Origin: a virus
Lineage: Duplodnaviria; Caudoviricetes
DNA length: 33,735 nt
Reading direction: 5' to 3' (one strand)
Virus record (IMG/VR): IMGVR_UViG_3300044267_002985
Coordinates: 1 to 33,735 of that record
A program made the translations under genes and the position numbers. Below are positions 28,461-33,735 of the stretch, one piece after another (position 1 is the stretch's first letter; each line of letters opens with the position of its first letter). The notes under the pieces are model-generated. The model was not told where the DNA came from. It saw nothing but the letters and a program-made list of their open reading frames with translations, and searched no databases.

Positions 28461-28855
28461 ACCGTCACCTCTTCGGTTTTTAATGATTCGTAAACTCCCT
28501 CCTGGATTTCCAAACTTATATCGACGGGGTGAATTTTTAATTCGTCAAACTGTATTGGACGGTTTTCAATGTTTCGTTTTATAAGTTTAACCAATCCATC
28601 CATAACGTCTTTTTCCAACAATCCAATCGTATTGTATTCTTGTAATACCTCAGTTCCCATTTTCTTTTCATGTAATACTCGCATAACCTCTACTGCTGAC
28701 AACCAGTGGATACTCGTGCGTATTGCACGTTTTTGTTCGTTGTCAAATTGATCTGCTTTGTATTCCGTTTCCATTTTAATTATCCTTGTTTTTATTAATT
28801 TGATCTTGGTCAAGGCACCTACGATTTTGTTCTTGTCTCCATGTTTCGGTTGCAA
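28457..28855 (-). CDS. Hypothetical protein (start uncertain)
   Basis: Long ORF in the operon. The true start may be the internal METEYK ATG (~28774), which removes the overlap with the upstream gene. Confidence 0.6.
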   Translation of the reverse strand: MQPKHGDKNKIVGALTKIKLIKTRIIKMETEYKADQFDNEQKRAIRTSIHWLSAVEVMRVLHEKKMGTEVLQEYNTIGLLEKDVMDGLVKLIKRNIENRPIQFDELKIHPVDISLEIQEGVYESLKTEEVTV

Positions 28856-28973
28856 AATCGTTCGCTACTTTTATAACCGTATACATATAGTCGTAATTTT
28901 TTGCGATGGATTGTGGATTGATATTGCTGACCATCGCTGATGCAAACTTAACTGTCATCTCCAAATGTGTCAT
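28776..28973 (-). CDS. Hypothetical protein
   Basis: 65 aa, preceded by the AACCGAGGAG RBS. Confidence 0.7.
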   Translation of the reverse strand: MTHLEMTVKFASAMVSNINPQSIAKNYDYMYTVIKVANDFATETWRQEQNRRCLDQDQINKNKDN

Positions 28974-28974
28974 G

Positions 28975-29505
28975 TTATTTCTCCTCGGTTAATTCTGAGA
29001 TCATATAGTTTATACCTTCTTCTGGTGTTAATGACGCGACTTTAACAAGTGTTTTTTCGGCTGAGTTGTCGATCAAAGATTTAATAACTTTTTCCCAAAC
29101 TTTGGCAACGAACTCCTCCTGAGTGCCAGTGTATTGGTTCATGTTGGTGTAGTGTTCGTAATGGAAATCGTCATACCTATCAGTTGGTTCCATACTCTGC
29201 GATTCGCTTAATACTGTTATCAATGTGTTGATATCTCCAACAGTTAATGGCCCAACCTCCTCTCCATTGTGTATGGAGAGTTTCGCTTCTAAACTGTCAG
29301 GATCGAAAGGAGGTTTTTTTCTGCATATGTTGCTAACATATATATTATTGATTATAGCAGTTGTAGCTCCGTCTTCGGCTAATGCGTTGTGGTCAACGTC
29401 CTCGCTGAAGTCTACCTTTATAACGCTGACGTGGCTGTCGAACCATTCGCCAGTGTTGGTTTCGTCTTTGAGTTTCTTTGTGAGTTGTTCGGTGAAGTCG
29501 GTCAT
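28975..29505 (-). CDS. Hypothetical protein, first gene after the second promoter block
   Basis: Start reassigned to the ATG at 29505 (MTDFTEQL), which follows AACCGAGGA. Confidence 0.7.
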   Translation of the reverse strand: MTDFTEQLTKKLKDETNTGEWFDSHVSVIKVDFSEDVDHNALAEDGATTAIINNIYVSNICRKKPPFDPDSLEAKLSIHNGEEVGPLTVGDINTLITVLSESQSMEPTDRYDDFHYEHYTNMNQYTGTQEEFVAKVWEKVIKSLIDNSAEKTLVKVASLTPEEGINYMISELTEEK

Positions 29506-29525
29506 TTTTTCCTCGGTTCGGTTTG

Positions 29526-29644
29526 GGTTTCTCTCTCTCAACTATATATAATAACGCTAATTTTCCTTGTCTTGTCAAGTGCTACACAATGTTTTTTTTA
29601 GTCGGTATCCCGATTTCTATAGTATATTTCTTTGTATCTGTCAA
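29526..29644 (-). promoter_or_regulatory. Tandem sigma70-like promoters plus conserved leader
   Basis: TTGACA(29639-44)-17-TATAGA(29616-21), and TTGACA(29573-78) with TATTAT at a long 19-bp spacing. Followed by leader TATATAGTTGAGAGAGAGAAACC. Confidence 0.7.
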
Positions 29645-29652
29645 GCGTAAAA

Positions 29653-29799
29653 TTAGTAATAATCACTGCTCCCAAAGACGAGTAATTCTATTAGCGGGGG
29701 GAGGATCGTAGCACAAAAAAAACAAATAGCTACAAACAATACACTACGCAAAATCCGCTCTACTTTACCTGGCTCGTCAAAACGTTTTGTCATTCTCAT
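29653..29799 (-). CDS. Small single-pass membrane protein (48 aa, MRMTKRFDEPGKVERILRSVLFVAICFFCATILPPLIELLVFGSSDYY)
   Basis: Absent from the ORF track. GGGAG RBS 7 nt upstream, hydrophobic core, fills the intergenic gap. Confidence 0.6.
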   Translation of the reverse strand: MRMTKRFDEPGKVERILRSVLFVAICFFCATILPPLIELLVFGSSDYY

Positions 29800-29803
29800 T
29801 TTA

Positions 29804-30289
29804 TTACTCCCAATTAATTTCATAGTGAGGAACTTTTTTTGGATTTGGAAACAATATTCGCTTTAAAAAAGATTGTTGTGTTCCATCCTCCTTTGTGTAA
29901 TTAAAATATTCATTTTGTTGCACATCTTTTCTAAATTGATAGACAGAGGCAGTTGCATGGTCGCAAAAAAATCCATTAGATAAATCCCATTCCTTATAAT
30001 ACACCTCAAAAAATCTTTTTTCCTCGTCTGGATCTTGACCTCTATCATAATATAGTTCGATTTGAAATTTGTTTGGTATTACTTCGGTTATATATTCAAA
30101 GACATCTTTTTTCTTTGCATGGTAGCTAACATTAAGCGTTTCAGAAAATTCGTCATGGATCATAACCCGTGACAGAAAAGATTTGAAAGCATTTAAGTTA
30201 ATAAATTTATATTTTATAATCTCGACATTTACAAAATCAAAATCGTGACCTTTTTCTATTGTCAGTTCGTAGTATCCAGAAATATTCAT
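29804..30289 (-). CDS. Hypothetical protein (AT-rich)
   Basis: 161 aa, AAGGAG RBS, ATGA overlap. Confidence 0.7.
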   Translation of the reverse strand: MNISGYYELTIEKGHDFDFVNVEIIKYKFINLNAFKSFLSRVMIHDEFSETLNVSYHAKKKDVFEYITEVIPNKFQIELYYDRGQDPDEEKRFFEVYYKEWDLSNGFFCDHATASVYQFRKDVQQNEYFNYTKEDGTQQSFLKRILFPNPKKVPHYEINWE

Positions 30290-30753
30290 TTGGAATTCTC
30301 CTTGTAGGTTCGGTTCCCCTCTAATTGGTCAATGGCTTTTTGGTAAGACGATTTTATTTGGTGAACTCGTTGTCTACTTACACCAACAGCATTTGCAATA
30401 GATGCTTGTGAATGTTTTCCTTCCATCAACAAATTGATAACTGCTTTTCTCCGATCAGAAAATCTTCGTGGTCTTGGTAATCCTCGTGCCATAACTAATT
30501 TTGAAAGTTGAAATCTTGAGACTCTCGTCAACTGAGACAGTTTGGTTAAGCTCATTCCTTTCAAATAAAATTCTTCAATATTTTGTCGGAAGAAATATTT
30601 TAATTCGTTAGTTTCTTCGTCGTAACGACCTGCCGAAAATGGATCAAAAAAATTATTAAACATTTTTCGCAGAGTTACATGAGGAGTAGTTAAAGCGTAT
30701 TGAAAAAATTCCTCGCATTGTTTTTCGTTAGTCCAGTTTGAATTAAAATTCAT
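30286..30753 (-). CDS. Helix-turn-helix DNA-binding protein
   Basis: C-terminal HTH SQASIANAVGVSRQRVHQI, and a possible second HTH SLTKLSQLTRVSRFQLSKLV. Confidence 0.7.
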   Translation of the reverse strand: MNFNSNWTNEKQCEEFFQYALTTPHVTLRKMFNNFFDPFSAGRYDEETNELKYFFRQNIEEFYLKGMSLTKLSQLTRVSRFQLSKLVMARGLPRPRRFSDRRKAVINLLMEGKHSQASIANAVGVSRQRVHQIKSSYQKAIDQLEGNRTYKENSK

Positions 30754-30959
30754 TCTATTTCATCTCCTAACAAATCCTCGATCATAGCCATGTCGTGAGG
30801 ATATATTTCTGATGTAACATCAATTTTTCCAAAAAAAACTTTTACATTATCGGCATACACACTCTCACCTGGAGAGTAAAAATCTGGTGAGATGTTTTCT
30901 CCCGCTTCTGTTCCAGTTGCGGTGATCGTTATTTTTATATCGGTTTCTATTTCTAACAT
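30750..30959 (-). CDS. Hypothetical acidic protein
   Basis: 69 aa, GAGGTG RBS, overlaps both neighbours. Confidence 0.7.
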   Translation of the reverse strand: MLEIETDIKITITATGTEAGENISPDFYSPGESVYADNVKVFFGKIDVTSEIYPHDMAMIEDLLGDEIE

Positions 30960-31114
30960 TAAAACACCTCTCTATTCTCGTCGAAATGTATTTCGATCTG
31001 ATCGTTGTTGTAATTAATTTCAACCACTTCATAGTCTGAGCAGTTTTCATTTAGTGCAACGACGTTAGTTTTTTTTAAAAAGCAAACTAAAACTTTTGCT
31101 AATAATTTTTTCAT
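30959..31114 (-). CDS. Small hypothetical protein (51 aa, MKKLLAKVLVCFLKK...)
   Basis: Absent from the ORF track. Starts right after the repeat RBS and has a TAATG overlap with the next gene. Confidence 0.65.
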   Translation of the reverse strand: MKKLLAKVLVCFLKKTNVVALNENCSDYEVVEINYNNDQIEIHFDENREVF

Positions 31115-31174
31115 TTGAGTCTCCTCGGTTAGTGTTGGGAGAGAGGAGCGGTTCCTCCCTCCCGTTTTATTTGT
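31115..31174 (-). repeat. Intergenic hairpin+RBS repeat, copy 1
   Basis: AAATAAAACGGGAGGGAGGAACCGCTCCTCTCTCCCAACACTAACCGAGGAGACTCAA-ATG. Confidence 0.95.
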
Positions 31175-31450
31175 TTATTTTAAGTAGTTCCTTTTGAAGT
31201 TCTTTATTTTTGCAATTTCTTCTTTGTAATATTTTAAATTCCTTTTATCACCATCGTCTCTTGCGTCACCAATCCACCTTGGAAATGCCTCGTCAAGTAG
31301 ATATTCAACCCCGTCTCTAATATCTTCGATTGTTGTATTCTCGACATTAACATCTTTGTTATCAATACCTGATTCTGGATCTCTCATCAACTCATCTTGC
31401 AAGTGATCAATTTTCATTGCAGCTTCTAAAATTTCTTTATGGGTTTTCAT
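31175..31450 (-). CDS. Hypothetical protein (cassette)
   Basis: 91 aa, bounded exactly by repeat copies. Confidence 0.8.
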   Translation of the reverse strand: MKTHKEILEAAMKIDHLQDELMRDPESGIDNKDVNVENTTIEDIRDGVEYLLDEAFPRWIGDARDDGDKRNLKYYKEEIAKIKNFKRNYLK

Positions 31451-31507
31451 TTTGAATCTCCTCGGTTAGTGTTGGGAGAGAGGAACGGTTCCTCCCTCCC
31501 GTTTTAT
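31451..31507 (-). repeat. Intergenic hairpin+RBS repeat, copy 2
   Basis: Near-identical to copy 1 and fills the whole intergenic space. Confidence 0.95.
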
Positions 31508-31675
31508 TTATTCTTCGTCTCGCTCTGGTTCTGAAAAACGAGCCATTGAATTTTTTGCAGTGGTAAAATATTTTGGATCTACCTCACGGTTCCCCGCAAG
31601 TTTTCCGAGCATGTGACTTGTAAATTCTTCGGGCGAACATTCTGCCAAAAACTTTTCTTCTTTTTTGTTTTCCAT
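31508..31675 (-). CDS. Small hypothetical protein (55 aa, MENKKEEKF...)
   Basis: Start reassigned to the ATG at 31675, after CCGAGGA. Confidence 0.65.
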   Translation of the reverse strand: MENKKEEKFLAECSPEEFTSHMLGKLAGNREVDPKYFTTAKNSMARFSEPERDEE

Positions 31676-31676
31676 T

Positions 31677-31820
31677 TTAGTTTTCCTCGGCTTCAGTTTC
31701 GTCTTCGTCGTCGTCAAAATTAAAATCCACGATCAAATGTTTGTCCATCCATTCCTGACTCGCTCCTGTTTCCTCTTGCAATTTCTTTTTGAATGCGTCT
31801 GCAAATTTCTTGTCTACCAT
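31677..31820 (-). CDS. Small acidic protein (47 aa, MVDKKFADAFKKKLQEETGASQEWMDKHLIVDFNFDDDEDETEAEEN)
   Basis: Absent from the ORF track. Follows the RBS of repeat copy 3 and resembles the N-terminus of 28975-29505. Confidence 0.75.
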   Translation of the reverse strand: MVDKKFADAFKKKLQEETGASQEWMDKHLIVDFNFDDDEDETEAEEN

Positions 31821-31881
31821 TTTGAATCTCCTCGGTTAAATGTTGGGAGAGAGGAACGATTCCTCCCTCCCGTTTTATTTG
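31821..31881 (-). repeat. Intergenic hairpin+RBS repeat, copy 3
   Basis: Near-identical to the other copies. Confidence 0.95.
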
Positions 31882-32235
31882 TTAGTCTCTGATTAAATCA
31901 GAATCTTTTATTACCCAACCTTCCCATCCTTTAAACCTATCCTTCATACATGGAACCAATTCTTTGTAAACGTCTTCTACTGCATCGTTGACGAAATTTG
32001 CTGAAGCGACCGAGCAACCGTTGTATATTTCTGGGTAATTTAAGATTGCTACGTTGGTCGGGTAATATTTCATCAACGCTCTTTCCGCAACTTCATACAT
32101 TGCATTTTCTAAATTTTCTTTATTTCGTTCTTTTATCATATCTTCGATTTCGTTGAGTTTGAAATTATTTTCAATAAATTTTTTCAACGTCGAAGTTCTT
32201 TTAAGTTCTTTTCTGATTTCTTTGAAACTTTTCAT
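31882..32235 (-). CDS. Hypothetical protein (cassette, 117 aa)
   Basis: Start reassigned to the ATG at 32235 (MKSFKEI), after the repeat RBS. Confidence 0.8.
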   Translation of the reverse strand: MKSFKEIRKELKRTSTLKKFIENNFKLNEIEDMIKERNKENLENAMYEVAERALMKYYPTNVAILNYPEIYNGCSVASANFVNDAVEDVYKELVPCMKDRFKGWEGWVIKDSDLIRD

Positions 32236-32297
32236 TTGAGTCTCCTCGGTTAGTGTTGGGAGAGAGGAACGATTCCTCCCTCCCGTTTTATTTTTCT
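32236..32297 (-). repeat. Intergenic hairpin+RBS repeat, copy 4
   Basis: Near-identical to the other copies. Confidence 0.95.
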
Positions 32298-32603
32298 TTA
32301 GAAGTTGTAATTGTTTTTTACTTTGTTCCAATCAACATCACCTGCTTCTTTAATCCATTCATACATCAAGCATCTTTTTTCTTCTAATTGTCTTTCTATA
32401 AAAAGCGTCATGCCTTCTTTTACTTGATTATCAAGAATATCTATGTAAGGATGTCCTAATTCTTCGTGATATATTTTTTTACCCATAATTTCTCCCTTGA
32501 TCGTATGGAAATCGTTTTCTGCGGTGAACTTTCCAGAGGCGACCTTGACGTTCCAGTTTCCGTTTGATCCGTCTATTTTGAAGTTGAAGTTTGTTTTATC
32601 CAT
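32298..32603 (-). CDS. Hypothetical protein, first gene of the early operon
   Basis: 101 aa, preceded by TAACCGAGGAGATTCAAA (the RBS half of the repeat). Confidence 0.8.
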   Translation of the reverse strand: MDKTNFNFKIDGSNGNWNVKVASGKFTAENDFHTIKGEIMGKKIYHEELGHPYIDILDNQVKEGMTLFIERQLEEKRCLMYEWIKEAGDVDWNKVKNNYNF

Positions 32604-32626
32604 TTTGAATCTCCTCGGTTATTAGT

Positions 32627-32758
32627 GGTTTCTCTCTCTCAACTATATATATAATACAAAACATTCTTCATCTTGTCAAGGGTTTTGCAATGTTTCTTAT
32701 ACGATTGTTATAGCTGAAAAAACCGATTTTCTATAACACATTTCTTTTGTTTTGTCAA
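32627..32758 (-). promoter_or_regulatory. Tandem sigma70-like early promoters plus conserved leader
   Basis: TTGACA(32674-79)-17-TATTAT(32651-56) and TTGACA(32753-58)-17-TATAGA(32730-35). Same leader as the block at 29.5 kb. Confidence 0.8.
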
Positions 32759-32822
32759 GGGTTAAATGAACTATAAATATAGCCTTGAATCTTGGTGGTT
32801 AAATAGTTATATTCATTACCCA

Positions 32823-33068
32823 ATGAGTAAACAATTATTGGTAGAGTTGTCGAACGGAAGACAGAGAAATATTTATTCTGGCAATGTGACTGATATAATT
32901 ATTAGTCCAGATTTAAAACGGGAATCGAACAAAATAATTTTACGCCAGAATATTTCTGGTGCATTTTATAATTCGGAATCGTTAGAGCAGATCGAACTTA
33001 GCGAAGATACAAACGTAACATCAATCATAGATTGGTGGAGAGATAACGAGTTGCATAATATTTTATAA
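32823..33068 (+). CDS. Divergent hypothetical protein (81 aa; alternative start at 32766)
   Basis: TTGAAT(32785)-17-TATATT(32808) lies just upstream of the ATG at 32823; no SD is visible. Confidence 0.55.
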   Translation: MSKQLLVELSNGRQRNIYSGNVTDIIISPDLKRESNKIILRQNISGAFYNSESLEQIELSEDTNVTSIIDWWRDNELHNIL

Positions 33069-33079
33069 TTAACTATCTT
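33051..33079 (+). promoter_or_regulatory. Sigma70-like promoter of the putative sRNA
   Basis: TTGCAT(33051-56)-17 bp-TATCTT(33074-79). Confidence 0.55.
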
Positions 33080-33084
33080 GGGTT

Positions 33085-33162
33085 ATCATCTCTCTCAACA
33101 AGACATGATACCTCCTCGGTGTCCCTCGCATTGCTCCTCGGTTATGCGGGGGACACTTTTTT
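33085..33162 (+). ncRNA. Putative trans-acting antisense sRNA against the early-gene RBS and leader
   Basis: Has its own promoter, two hairpins and a U6 tail. Carries TCTCTCTCAAC, CCTCCTCGGT and CTCCTCGGTTA, complementary to repeated early mRNA motifs. Confidence 0.65.
33119..33162 (+). terminator. Intrinsic terminator
   Basis: 13-bp stem GTGTCCCTCGCAT/ATGCGGGGGACAC (one G-U), 12-nt loop, followed by TTTTTT. Confidence 0.8.
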
Positions 33163-33175
33163 GCCTAAACACATA

Positions 33176-33451
33176 GACCAGTAAAAAGACTTGCGACCAG
33201 TATTTTTAGCTTTACTCGTCTACCTTAACTATTTTAAAAAACAGGTCGTTGTAAAAAAGTGGTCAAGTAAAAAAGTAAATTCGTATAAGTTTTACTAACG
33301 AAGAAAAAACACATTTCTATACGTAGCGTATAATTTACCTTGGATACCTTGGAGTAAATAAATAAGTAGTATAAAAAACAAAAACTTAAAGTAGACCAGT
33401 AAAGAAAAAAATACCCTACACTTACCCTACCATACCCTACCATTACTGGTC
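33176..33451. repeat. AT-rich non-coding region with short iterated motifs (candidate origin or packaging region)
   Basis: GACCAGTA at 33176, 33195, 33394 and inverted at 33444; TACCCTAC at 33412, 33423, 33433. Confidence 0.45.
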
Positions 33452-33507
33452 ACCTTGCTTTTTGATATTGATAAATCTATATTAGTAAAATAAAACGGAG
33501 GATGTCA

Positions 33508-33735
33508 TTGATCGAATATAAATTGAAATCTGCTTGGCCTAACAAGCGTTACCCTAATATTAGTTTTGATGAATGGGCTTGCAGTCATTCGGGTAAGTGC
33601 GTTGTTGATAAAGACTTTCTTGATCGGTTGCAAGCGTTGCGAACATTACTGGGGTTCCCTTTAATAATTACTTCTGGCTATCGGTCGGAGACTCATCCAG
33701 TAGAAGCTAAGAAAAAAAAATTGGGTGCTCATACA
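33508..33735 (+). CDS. Peptidase M15A-family endolysin (3' truncated by window)
   Basis: Absent from the ORF track. GGAGG then TTG start (in-frame ATG at 33502). Translation includes DEWAC...FLDRLQALR...PLIITSGYRS..H...GAH. Confidence 0.8.
   Translation, partial: MIEYKLKSAWPNKRYPNISFDEWACSHSGKCVVDKDFLDRLQALRTLLGFPLIITSGYRSETHPVEAKKKKLGAHT

Noticed and set aside
30865-31050. 61-aa ORF MKTAQTMKW...
   Set aside because: It overlaps two better-supported ORFs (30959-31114 and 30750-30959) that have RBSs and are translationally coupled.
31115-32297. CRISPR array interpretation of the ~60-bp repeats
   Set aside because: Spacers are 276-354 bp and consist of whole ORFs, the repeats contain an RBS, and no cas genes are present.
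31115-32297. Integron attC sites
   Set aside because: No RYYYAAC...GTTRRRY ends in cassette orientation, and no tyrosine recombinase in the window.
33069-33143. Minus-strand mini-ORFs after the two (A)ACCGAGGAG motifs
   Set aside because: SD-ATG spacing is only 2-4 nt and the products would be 3 aa and 20 aa. The promoter, G-U pair and U-tract favour a + strand RNA. Not fully excluded.
33234-33443. 69-aa hydrophobic minus-strand ORF
   Set aside because: Low-complexity product of A-tract and repeat DNA with no RBS.
1-33735. Lifestyle (temperate or lytic) and host assignment
   Set aside because: No integrase, clear repressor, RNA polymerase or host-diagnostic gene is visible, and part of the genome lies outside the window.

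Overview
Nearly the whole genome of a small tailed phage with podovirus-like architecture; the host cannot be determined from the sequence. The + strand (1-23.3 kb) is a late/virion module. It runs terminase 3' end, portal, a large inserted ORF, FmdB-like Zn-ribbon, scaffold, major capsid, decoration protein, adaptor, nozzle, three probable ejection proteins, tail fibre, Gly-rich protein, fibre chaperone, small membrane and basic proteins, and an atypical CAT-anticodon tRNA. The - strand (23.3-32.6 kb) holds a P4/D5-type primase-helicase, RusA-like resolvase, SSB-like protein, SPPY-type DNA methylase and an early region of small ORFs. An M15 peptidase endolysin starts at the right edge. The most notable signal is a candidate RNA-based regulatory system. 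Early genes sit in a cassette-like array separated by ~60-bp hairpin+RBS repeats and share an extended RBS (AACCGAGGAG). Two duplicated promoter blocks share a 5' leader (GTTGAGAGAGA). A divergent ~78-nt + strand unit (33085-33162), with its own promoter and terminator, carries exact complements of both motifs largely in predicted loops. A second structured RNA (three-way junction, 28143-28239) also lies in this region. All protein calls rest on motifs and gene order; no database searches were run.
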